This document shows, piece after piece, positions 17,572-25,628 of a stretch of DNA of 45,301 nt (position 1 is its first letter; each line of letters begins with the position of its first letter). The DNA is taken from assembly GCA_035281565.1 (NCBI GenBank), contig DATEDS010000209.1, positions 1-45,301 of the forward strand, read 5' to 3'. The translations under genes were made by a program, and so were the position numbers. The notes under the pieces are model-generated. The model worked only from the letters and a program-made list of their open reading frames with translations, searched no databases and was not told the DNA's origin. The stretch comes from Gemmatimonadota bacterium. GTDB taxonomy: Bacteria > Gemmatimonadota > Gemmatimonadetes > JACCXV01 > JAHWKZ01.

Positions 17572-18761
17572 GCGAGCGGACGAAGAACCTGGCCTTGTTC
17601 GCGGCGGTGCTGGTAATCCTCGACCTTGCGGCTGCCCAGGCTTACGACCGCCTCCTCCCTCTCCTGGAGCCCACACCGCAGCGAGTTCGCACCCTTTCTC
17701 CCGTGTACCACCACGACCTGCAGAAGAACGTGGACAGCTGGTCCCGCTGGGGGGGACGCAGCTATCCGTTTCGGACCAACGATCTCGGGTTCCTGGACGA
17801 GCGCGTGCGGAGCGTGCCTCTCTGTTCGGAAGGGGTTCGCCTTCTCCTGATGGGAGACTCGTTCACCGAGGGCGTCGGGGTCGCCTTTCCGGAGACATTC
17901 GCCGGGATTCTCACGCGGGAGCTCCGTTCGCAGGGCGTCGAGATCCTGAACGCGGGGGTCGTGTCCTACTCCCCCACCATCTATTACCGGAAGACTCGAT
18001 ACCTGATCGAGGAGTTGGGGTTGGACATCGACATGCTGGTCGTCTTCATCGATGGCTCGGACGTCCTGGACGAGTCCTGGCTCGAAGACTCCGGCGCGAC
18101 TCGAGTCATGGTCGAGCAAGCGAGAAGGGGCGCCACGGCCACCCGCAGGCCACCATTCGAGGAGTTCAAGCACGTCCTCCAGCAGTACTCGCTGATCATG
18201 AAAGCGGCGGCCAAGCTTCGCCTCATCCTTCAGGAGCACCTCGGCGAAAAAGGCCGTCGTGCCCGGCTGGCTCTGGACGCCTCGGAGGTGGCCTGGGATT
18301 ACGACCCGGATGCCTACCGCGAGTACGGAGAGCGGGGACTACGCCGGGCGGCCGCGAACATGGACAGCCTGCTCACGCTGACCCGGCGTCATGAGCTGCC
18401 GATGGCCGTTGCGGTCTACCCCTGGCCGGACCACATCTTCCGGCGGATGGTCGACTCCCCTCAGGTGACATTCTGGCGCGCATGGTCGAGGCGACGCGGA
18501 GTTCCCTTCTTCGATCTGTTTCCGGCGTTCATAACCGAGCGGGACCCGGAGGAGACCATCCGGGAGTACTACATCCCGCACGACTTCCACTGGAACGCGG
18601 CTGGACACCGGCGGGTCGCCGAAGCCGTGCTCGACCACGGCCTGCGGGACTTCATCGCGGCAGCCCTGGGGGCGGGGTCAGGAAGTAAATCCAGTGGCTC
18701 GTGCGCCCGATCCGTCTCCAACCCTTCCCGGGACCCTCCGGCGGAACCCGCTCCGCGATGA
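17568..18761 (+). CDS. SGNH/GDSL-type hydrolase or O-acyltransferase-like protein with an N-terminal signal anchor
   Basis: TM anchor LALFAAVLVILDLAAA. Block I is LLLMGDSFTEGVG. The C-terminal DFHWNAAGH (D-x-x-H) resembles SGNH block V and AlgJ/AlgX-type motifs. Its ATG overlaps the upstream stop (ATGA). Confidence 0.6.
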   Translation: MSERTKNLALFAAVLVILDLAAAQAYDRLLPLLEPTPQRVRTLSPVYHHDLQKNVDSWSRWGGRSYPFRTNDLGFLDERVRSVPLCSEGVRLLLMGDSFTEGVGVAFPETFAGILTRELRSQGVEILNAGVVSYSPTIYYRKTRYLIEELGLDIDMLVVFIDGSDVLDESWLEDSGATRVMVEQARRGATATRRPPFEEFKHVLQQYSLIMKAAAKLRLILQEHLGEKGRRARLALDASEVAWDYDPDAYREYGERGLRRAAANMDSLLTLTRRHELPMAVAVYPWPDHIFRRMVDSPQVTFWRAWSRRRGVPFFDLFPAFITERDPEETIREYYIPHDFHWNAAGHRRVAEAVLDHGLRDFIAAALGAGSGSKSSGSCARSVSNPSRDPPAEPAPR

Positions 18762-20436
18762 CCGCTTCGGCTCCCGCTTCCGCGAACGCCTCGAGGACCG
18801 CCAGGCGTGCCGAGCCCCGCGCGTCCCAGAACCGGGACGCATCCGGGCTCTGGAGCTGAGCCACGATCTTCACCCCGGCCAGCCGGGCGAAATAGGCCCC
18901 GAATGCGTGCCCCACGAAGCCTATCGCATCTCCGGGACGGACCCCGAGCTCCTGCAGGCCTTCGGCGATCTCCGGCGCGGAGCCCGCCCGTTCAAGCGGC
19001 GGCCGCGCTGGCCAGGGCTGCGGAGTCGCCGGTGTGGAGATCATCTCCGGCAGTTCGAGATCGAGGAAGGCGCTGCCGAACTCCGCCTCGAACTGGGCGA
19101 TGGGGACGAGCATGAAGACGACGAGCACGGCGCCCGAGACGCGCAAGAGTTTACGCGACTCCTCGCCCTCCGGAAGTCGCAAATGGGAGAGGATCCCGGC
19201 CCAGAAGAGCACCACGAACGGCGCCACGTATCGCCCCTCGACATAGACGAGGCCATACAAGGCGAACGCCACGAGCGCCACGGCGGTGAGGGCCCACCGG
19301 CCGTCGAAGCGCGGCCGAACTCGTAGCGTCCCGCCGACCAGCAAGAGGATCGCGACGGTCGCGAGGAAGCCGCCTTGCTGACGGATGAAGAGCTCGAAAT
19401 ATCCCTGGGCGCTGGCCAGAAGGACCCTCGCCTGCTCCCGCGGTTCGAAGCGCGGGGTCAGGCCCTCGTACCAGTAGGACGGATCGTACGACAGCGGGTA
19501 GGTGCCGCCAACAGGCGCGCCGAACTCGTAGACCGGAGGATCTTCGAAGACCAGCCGGGCCGGGTGCTCCGGCCGCCCTGTCTTGGATTGGAACCCGGCC
19601 GGCCAGAGTGGATACGGAACCCCGTTCACGTAACGCAGGTAGGTGAGGCGCCCGGCGTCGCCGAACGTCGGCCGTTGCTTCGAGGCCGAGAGGGCCAGGA
19701 CCAAGGGCAGCGATACCGCCAGGAACATCCCGACACTCAGTGCCGTGCCGCGGAAGGCTCGCCGCCGATCCTTCCCGACCACCGCCCCGGCTGCCAGGAA
19801 CGCAAACCCGAGCGGGAACATCACCGCCTTGGCCAGATACGCCAGCCCGAGCACCAGTCCGTACGCGGCGTGCACCGTCCGTCGCGCCCGAGTCGCGCCG
19901 ATACGGACCAGGAGTCCTCCCGCGAAATAGACGAGCGCCGCGACCAGCATGTCCGGGGTAGCGGCCCAGATCTTGATCAGACAGAGCGACGACCAGAGGA
20001 AGAGCGAATAGCCGATGGCGACCCACGCCCATTCCGGGAAACCGACCTCCCTCCCCTCGGCGTCCACCCGCGCGGCCTCGCCCACCCGCCGCCAGAAGAA
20101 CTCGAACCCGACCAGGGCCAGCAGGTAAATCCCGAAGTTGACCAGATGGACCAGCGGGAACTCCCAGCGTGGCGACGGGTTGGCGAGCCACAGCGCGAGA
20201 CCCAGGATCCACGCGTAGAGGGGGCTCCACACGGCGTTGATCGCCATCGTCCAGTCTCCGCGCAGGTACGCATCGCCCATGTCGAGGTAAGAGATCCCGT
20301 CCTCGCTCATCGATTGACGCAGGCCCGCGGCGGCGGCGTGGGCGGCTCCCATTCCAACGGCGAGAATTCGGAACACGATCTGCGCGAGGCGTGCGCGGGG
20401 CGCTGCGGCCACGACATCTGCGGCCGCGGAATCCAC
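18652..20436 (-). CDS. Polytopic membrane protein B with GT-C-like architecture (paralog of 15835..17571)
   Basis: 594 aa with a GTG start. It is collinear with protein A, sharing SEDGISYLDMGDAYLRGDW, WSPLY, RWEFPL, VNFGIYL, YVNGVP, PPVYEFGAPVGGTY, YDPSYWYEGLTPRF, LVYVEGRYVAPF and WRRIGRTSH. Confidence 0.7.
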   Translation of the reverse strand: MDSAAADVVAAAPRARLAQIVFRILAVGMGAAHAAAAGLRQSMSEDGISYLDMGDAYLRGDWTMAINAVWSPLYAWILGLALWLANPSPRWEFPLVHLVNFGIYLLALVGFEFFWRRVGEAARVDAEGREVGFPEWAWVAIGYSLFLWSSLCLIKIWAATPDMLVAALVYFAGGLLVRIGATRARRTVHAAYGLVLGLAYLAKAVMFPLGFAFLAAGAVVGKDRRRAFRGTALSVGMFLAVSLPLVLALSASKQRPTFGDAGRLTYLRYVNGVPYPLWPAGFQSKTGRPEHPARLVFEDPPVYEFGAPVGGTYPLSYDPSYWYEGLTPRFEPREQARVLLASAQGYFELFIRQQGGFLATVAILLLVGGTLRVRPRFDGRWALTAVALVAFALYGLVYVEGRYVAPFVVLFWAGILSHLRLPEGEESRKLLRVSGAVLVVFMLVPIAQFEAEFGSAFLDLELPEMISTPATPQPWPARPPLERAGSAPEIAEGLQELGVRPGDAIGFVGHAFGAYFARLAGVKIVAQLQSPDASRFWDARGSARLAVLEAFAEAGAEAVIAERVPPEGPGKGWRRIGRTSHWIYFLTPPPGLPR

Positions 20437-20456
20437 GATCCGGGAATCCCCGAACC

Positions 20457-20810
20457 TCAGGAGCCCGACTCCGCCTCGTCAGCCTCCGCCTCATGTCGCA
20501 GCGAAAGCTCCGTGACCAGGCGCGTCAGCGCCTGCTCCTGCCGGTCCAGCAGGACGTAGAGGCGGTAGACCAGGTAGCTCAGTAGAGCTATCGAGAGGTA
20601 CAGGACTGCATCCGATCCGCGGCCCACTCCGATCAACCGTGCCACCCGGGTCGTCGACTCCGGGAACCACACGGCCAGCAGACCGGTCGCCCAGACGAGG
20701 ACCCACACCACGCCTCGCGGCCAGCGAATCCGGCCTCTTCTCGTCACCACGAGCACCCGCAGGATGAGGATCCCGAAGATGGCGGTCAGGATGATCTGGA
20801 TGGGGCTCAT
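20457..20810 (-). CDS. DUF2304-type small membrane protein (GT2-associated)
   Basis: This is the 117-aa 3' part of track ORF 20457..21074, starting at ATG 20810: MSPIQIILTAIFGILILRVLVV..., with 3-4 TM helices and a charged coiled tail DRQEQALTRLVTELSLRHEAEADE. Its ATG overlaps the GT2 stop (ATGA). The GT2 + DUF2304 pairing is a known recurrent gene pair. Confidence 0.7.
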   Translation of the reverse strand: MSPIQIILTAIFGILILRVLVVTRRGRIRWPRGVVWVLVWATGLLAVWFPESTTRVARLIGVGRGSDAVLYLSIALLSYLVYRLYVLLDRQEQALTRLVTELSLRHEAEADEAESGS

Positions 20811-21499
20811 CGGGACCTCCGCAGAATCAGCTTGACCAGGGTTTGAAGGCCGACCCCCAGGCTCTGGCCCTTGGAGAGCGAGTAGTCGGTATAGATGACG
20901 GTGATGGGGACTTCCACGATACGGAAGCCGTGGCGGGCGACTTCGGCGACGATCTCCGAGGACACCTCCATGCGGCTCGTCCGGAGGTCGATCGATTCCG
21001 CCACCCGGCGGCTGAAAGCGCGGAACCCCGATTGGGTGTCGCTGACGTGGACACCGAACAGGATCCAGGTGCACAGGTTGGCGAGCCGGTTGGCGACACG
21101 CCTGGAGAGCGGCATACCCTGCGGATCGAGCATGCGCGACCCGATCACGAAGTCCGCCGCTCCCTTACGGATAGGGCCTGCGACATCAAGGACTTCCGAG
21201 GGGACGTGCTGCCCGTCGCCGTCCAGCGTGACGATGATCTCGGCGCCTGCCCGCAGGGCCGCCCGCAGGCCGGTGGCGAGTCCGCCTCCGAGACCCCGGT
21301 TGACCAGATGACGGTACACGCGGGCGCCCGCCGCGCGGGCCTCCGCACCGGTCGCGTCGCTGGATCCGTCGTCGACCACGACCACGTCGTCCGCGAACTG
21401 TCTCACGGCGTGAACCACCGCTCCGATGTGACCGGCCTCGTTGTAGGCCGGGATCACGGCGACAAGCTTCGACCCGGCTACCCTCGCGCCGCTATCCAT
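20807..21499 (-). CDS. Family 2 glycosyltransferase, polyprenyl-phosphate sugar synthase type (DPM1/GtrB/ArnC/PpgS-like)
   Basis: 230 aa from ATG 21499: KLVAVIPAYNEAGHIG...VVVVDDGSSDATG...NRGLGGGLATGLRAAL...VTLDGDGQHVPSE...FVIGSR...SDTQSGFRAF. The track ORF extends to 21943 only as read-through. Confidence 0.8.
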   Translation of the reverse strand: MDSGARVAGSKLVAVIPAYNEAGHIGAVVHAVRQFADDVVVVDDGSSDATGAEARAAGARVYRHLVNRGLGGGLATGLRAALRAGAEIIVTLDGDGQHVPSEVLDVAGPIRKGAADFVIGSRMLDPQGMPLSRRVANRLANLCTWILFGVHVSDTQSGFRAFSRRVAESIDLRTSRMEVSSEIVAEVARHGFRIVEVPITVIYTDYSLSKGQSLGVGLQTLVKLILRRSR

Positions 21500-22604
21500 C
21501 GAGGCCCTCCAGGACCTCCAGCGTCTCCCGCGCGCAGCGCTCCCAGCTGAACCGCTTCGAGCGCTCGAGCCCCCGAACCGACAGATCGGCGGCCAAGGCG
21601 GGATCGGTGAGAACCCGATGCATCGCGCCCGCGACGGCCTCGGGGTCCTCCGGATCGACCCGCAGGGCCGCGTCACCCGCGATCTCCTCCAGGCCGTTCG
21701 CGTCCGAGGTGACGATCGGGGTCCCGCAGGCCATCGCCTCGGTGATCGGGATCGGGAAAGCCTCCAGCCGGGAAGGGTACAGGAACAGATCGGCGAGGCT
21801 GTAGACCGCCGGCAGATCCGCCTGGTCCATCCAGCCCGGGAACACGACATCGGCGCCGTACCCGTCCTCCGGGATCGCGTACTCCTCCCGCATCCGCTCG
21901 GGGTCCTTCCCGCCCACCACCAGCCGATGCGGCGTCCGGCCATGGTAGAGCCGGTAGGCCGCCAGCACGCCGCCCAGGTTCTTGCGCTCGGTCCCGGCCG
22001 GCTTGGAGAGCGTGAAGACGAACCGGTCCGGAAGCCCGTATCGGCTCCTGACCTCGCTCAGCACCCCGGGGTCCTCGACCTTCCGGAAGTTGGGCGCCGG
22101 AGCGAAGTAGACCGTGCGGACCTTCCCGGGCGGCAGGTCCAGCGCGCGGTTGATGTTCTCGGTGGTGAGCCGGGAAACCGAGAGAACGACCGCGGCGCGA
22201 CGGCAGTAGAGGGGCATCACGAGCCGGATGTAGGCCACGTCCAGGCGGCCGTAGAAGCGCGCCTGCTCGGGGATGAACCAGTCGGCTCCGTGGAGCACCA
22301 TCACTGTCCGGGCCGGGGCCAGGATGGGTACGGTGAACTTGGGGTGGAAGACCACGTCCACCCCTTCGCGCCACGCGGCCCAAGGGATGGCGACCTGGTC
22401 CCACAGGGCCTTGTGGGGGGCGCGTACGAGCCGCTCCCGGACCCGAGGATGGGCGGCGAAGCGCCCCAGGTGGGTCGCGGTCCGGTAGAAGAGCACGTAC
22501 TCGTTCCGGTCGTCGCGCTCGAGGAGCTCCCGGGTCAGGTTTCGGCTGTAGACCCCGATTCCCCCCTGCTCATCCAGGGTCCGCAGCATCATCCCTATCC
22601 GCAT
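21492..22604 (-). CDS. Family 4 glycosyltransferase (GT-B, Glycos_transf_1)
   Basis: 370 aa from ATG 22604 (MRIGMMLRTLDEQGGIGVYSRNL...). The C-terminal motif is EAFPIPITEAMACGTPIVTSDANGLEEIAG. Confidence 0.8.
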   Translation of the reverse strand: MRIGMMLRTLDEQGGIGVYSRNLTRELLERDDRNEYVLFYRTATHLGRFAAHPRVRERLVRAPHKALWDQVAIPWAAWREGVDVVFHPKFTVPILAPARTVMVLHGADWFIPEQARFYGRLDVAYIRLVMPLYCRRAAVVLSVSRLTTENINRALDLPPGKVRTVYFAPAPNFRKVEDPGVLSEVRSRYGLPDRFVFTLSKPAGTERKNLGGVLAAYRLYHGRTPHRLVVGGKDPERMREEYAIPEDGYGADVVFPGWMDQADLPAVYSLADLFLYPSRLEAFPIPITEAMACGTPIVTSDANGLEEIAGDAALRVDPEDPEAVAGAMHRVLTDPALAADLSVRGLERSKRFSWERCARETLEVLEGLDG

Positions 22605-22690
22605 CACCCGTCCCAGCGCTGAATGTAGGCAAAGGCTTTCGGAGTTGACTGAGCGCGAGTCAGGGAGCATTTTGGGCTCTCCAACCAGGC

Positions 22691-23572
22691 GTGGTCCCCG
22701 ACGTTCAGCCGGAATATATGGTCCCTCCAGGGCAAGCGATCGATGCTCGGCTCGTCGATCCCGCCGAGCGATTCCGCGGGACCGTCGCGGTCCTGGCCCC
22801 GCACATGGACGATGAGCTCCTGGCCTGCGGCGGCACGCTGGCCGCGCTCCCATCCAAGGCTCGTGTCCACGTCGTGTGGGCTACCGACGGCTCGCGGTCG
22901 CCGGCCCCGGCCGCGCCTTGGAAGAGCCCGCCCGCCGGGCTGGCCGAAACTCGCGCCCGTGAGGCGGGAGAGGCGCTGGCCACCCTTGGCGTTCCCGCGG
23001 AGAACCTGCACTTCCTGGGCCTGCCGGACGGCCGCCTCCGGGGGCATGCGGCCGAGCTCGATCAGGCCCTCGGCCCGCTCCTGACCGCCATCGGTCCGAC
23101 CCGGATCCTTGCGCCTTTCCGCTACGACCGTCATCCGGATCATCTGGCCGTCCAGCGGGCGGCGGTGACCTGGATGGCCGGCCGGGACGATCGTCCCGAG
23201 CTGATCGAGTACTTCGTCTACACGGGGTCGCGCCTCCTCCCGCGCGGCGACATCCGCTCGTACATCCGGCCCGGCCTCCTCGTGGGTGTCGACATCGGGC
23301 GGTGGAGCGGCGCCAAGCGACGGGCCCTCGAGCGCTACCGGAGCCAGACGACACGAGCCTACGACTTTCAGCATCGACCCAACCTGACCCCCGCCCTGCT
23401 CGACCAGGTGTGCCGTGAGGCCGAGCTGTTTCTTCCTTATTCGCCGTCCATGCCCGGCCCCGCGGTGTTCGCGGGACCGGTGGCGTACATCCGCTTGGTC
23501 CACTGGCTCGAGCCCCATCTCAAGGCGGGCAAGGACCGGCTTGCGGGCCTCCTCCGGCAACCCGGGTCATGA
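22691..23572 (+). CDS. PIG-L/LmbE family deacetylase
   Basis: VLAPHMDDELLACGGTLA, VHVVWATDG and HPDHLAV are the canonical PIG-L motifs. The start is either GTG 22691 or ATG 22718. Confidence 0.8.
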   Translation: MVPDVQPEYMVPPGQAIDARLVDPAERFRGTVAVLAPHMDDELLACGGTLAALPSKARVHVVWATDGSRSPAPAAPWKSPPAGLAETRAREAGEALATLGVPAENLHFLGLPDGRLRGHAAELDQALGPLLTAIGPTRILAPFRYDRHPDHLAVQRAAVTWMAGRDDRPELIEYFVYTGSRLLPRGDIRSYIRPGLLVGVDIGRWSGAKRRALERYRSQTTRAYDFQHRPNLTPALLDQVCREAELFLPYSPSMPGPAVFAGPVAYIRLVHWLEPHLKAGKDRLAGLLRQPGS

Positions 23573-24378
23573 CGGGGCCGGACCGGAGGGGTGATCTCGG
23601 GCGACCGATCCGGGTGGTCCTGATCCGGGGACGCTTCCAGCCCCGGGCGGCCCAGCGATTCTACGTCCTCCTGGACCAGAACCCCGAGATCGAGCTCGTC
23701 GGATGTCTCTGCCAGTCGGCCGGCGAGGGCCTGGCCGAACGGCTGCGGGACGCCTGGCGGAGACGGGGTGTCCTCGCCGCCCCCATCCTGGCGAGCCAGG
23801 CGGCAGGTGCGGTCGGCCGTTTCGTCCTCCAGCCGCGCCTCGAGCTGGGGCTGCGCCGGCGCCTGGCGGCGATCGACCGTCGGACGGAGCTCGTCCCCGA
23901 CGTGCACGCCCCCACGGTCCTGGAGCGCGTGAGACGGCTCGACCCCGATCTGGGCGTCATCTACGGCGGACCGATCCTCAGGCCCGAGCTGTTCGAGATC
24001 CCCCGCTTCGGCACGCTCAGCATCCATCATGGACGGTTGCCGGAATACCGCGGGAGGAAGACGACCTTCTGGGAGATGGACGAGGGGCGTCCGACGGCCG
24101 GCGTGGCCGTCCAACGGATCGGGGCGGGGCTCGACACCGGCGACATCATGGCCGAGGGCGCGGTGGCGATCGGCGACAAGTCATACCTCCGGGTCTGGCG
24201 CGAGGTGCAAGACCTCGGCGTGACGCTCTATCTGGACGCGATCTTGCAGATCAAGCGAGGGACCGCGTCCCCCCGTCCCCAGACCGGCCGTCCGGGACGG
24301 CTGTACCGCGACCCGTCGTGGCTTCCCGTGCTGCGACTCGGCTGGAGGCAGATGAGGAAGCGATGGGGTCCGGGCTGA
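23569..24378 (+). CDS. Formyltransferase-family protein (Fmt/ArnA-N-like fold)
   Basis: IRVVLIRGRF... N-terminal Rossmann-like start. SIHHGRLPEYRGRKTTFWEM corresponds to the H-x-S-L-L-P-x-x-R-G formyltransferase motif. ATGA overlap with the upstream stop. Confidence 0.65.
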   Translation: MTGPDRRGDLGRPIRVVLIRGRFQPRAAQRFYVLLDQNPEIELVGCLCQSAGEGLAERLRDAWRRRGVLAAPILASQAAGAVGRFVLQPRLELGLRRRLAAIDRRTELVPDVHAPTVLERVRRLDPDLGVIYGGPILRPELFEIPRFGTLSIHHGRLPEYRGRKTTFWEMDEGRPTAGVAVQRIGAGLDTGDIMAEGAVAIGDKSYLRVWREVQDLGVTLYLDAILQIKRGTASPRPQTGRPGRLYRDPSWLPVLRLGWRQMRKRWGPG

Positions 24379-25628
24379 CCGGCGCGCGGGGGGCGCATCG
24401 AAGCGACCGGCCGGTACGGCTCTGCCTCCTGCTGGAGACCTACCATCCGGAGGTCGGTGGAGGCGAGTCCCAGGGTCGTCTGCTGGCCGAGGGATTGGTG
24501 GAGAGAGGCATTCGAGTGACCGTTCTGACCCGTCGTTCCCGGCGCGATCTCGCACGCCGGGAGACGGTCGGAGGCGTTCCGGTCCGGCGCCTGGGTCCGG
24601 TGGGCGGGGGACGCCTCGGCAAGTGGGGGCTACTCCTCACCGTGCCGCCGGCCCTGCTCACGATGCGTGACTCGTGCGACGTCCTGCTGGTGGCCGGCTT
24701 CCGGATGCTGGGCTTCCCCGCGGTCCTGACCGCGAAGGCGCGCCGCCAAACGTGCGTTCTCAAGGCGGAGAGCAACGGCGAAATGTCGGGAGCGTTCTTC
24801 GGGCCCGGGCTCGCGCGCTGGGGTCTCTCCCCATCCTTCCCCGTTGTCCGCCTCCTCCTGAAAGGACGAAACGCGGTCCTCAGGCGGGCCGACGCCTTCG
24901 TGGCGCTCTCCTCCGCGATCGAGCGGGAACTGCAGAACGGCGGGGTCCCTCCCGGCAGGATCGTCACGATCCCGAACGGTGTCGACACCGAGCGCTTCCA
25001 TCCGGTCGAGGATGCCGAGAAGCACGCTCTCAGGATTCGTCTCGGGCTTCCGCTGGACGCGCCCGTGGCGGCGTACAGCGGGCGGCTGGTCAGCTACAAA
25101 GGACTCCCGATCCTGCTGCAGGCCTGGCGCGAGATCCTTTCGCGTCACCCGTCGGCCCGGCTGTTGCTGGTGGGCGCCGGCGGAGCGGATCTTCACGACT
25201 GCGAGGCGGAGCTGAGGCGCTATGCAAAGGAGACCGGCATCGAGGAGAGCGTCGTCTTCACCGGCTTCGTGGAGCGGGTCGAGCCGTGGTTGCAGGCCGC
25301 CGACCTCTTCGTCTTTCCGACCCAGGAGGAGGCTTTCGGGATCGCGCTCATCGAGGCCATGGCGTGCGGGCTCCCACCGGTGACGACCGCGACGGGCGGG
25401 ATCCCGGACATCGTCACGCACGAGCGGGACGCGCTGGTCGTCCAGCCCGGGACGCTCGTCCCGTTGCGCGAGGCGATCCACCGCCTCTTCGACGATCCGG
25501 GGCTGGCCGCGCGACTGGGCGCAGAGGCGCGCCGCACCGTCGTCCGAAGATTCTCGCGCGACGTCGTCCTCGATCGATACGCGGCCCTGATTCGCGAGGG
25601 TCTCCCCACCCCCGTCGACCTCCCGTGA
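24363..25628 (+). CDS. Family 4 glycosyltransferase
   Basis: In-frame 3' part of track ORF 23703..25628 from ATG 24363: ...VRLCLLLETYHPEVGGGESQ..., with EEAFGIALIEAMACGLPPVTTATGGIPDIV. Confidence 0.8.
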   Translation: MGSGLTGARGAHRSDRPVRLCLLLETYHPEVGGGESQGRLLAEGLVERGIRVTVLTRRSRRDLARRETVGGVPVRRLGPVGGGRLGKWGLLLTVPPALLTMRDSCDVLLVAGFRMLGFPAVLTAKARRQTCVLKAESNGEMSGAFFGPGLARWGLSPSFPVVRLLLKGRNAVLRRADAFVALSSAIERELQNGGVPPGRIVTIPNGVDTERFHPVEDAEKHALRIRLGLPLDAPVAAYSGRLVSYKGLPILLQAWREILSRHPSARLLLVGAGGADLHDCEAELRRYAKETGIEESVVFTGFVERVEPWLQAADLFVFPTQEEAFGIALIEAMACGLPPVTTATGGIPDIVTHERDALVVQPGTLVPLREAIHRLFDDPGLAARLGAEARRTVVRRFSRDVVLDRYAALIREGLPTPVDLP

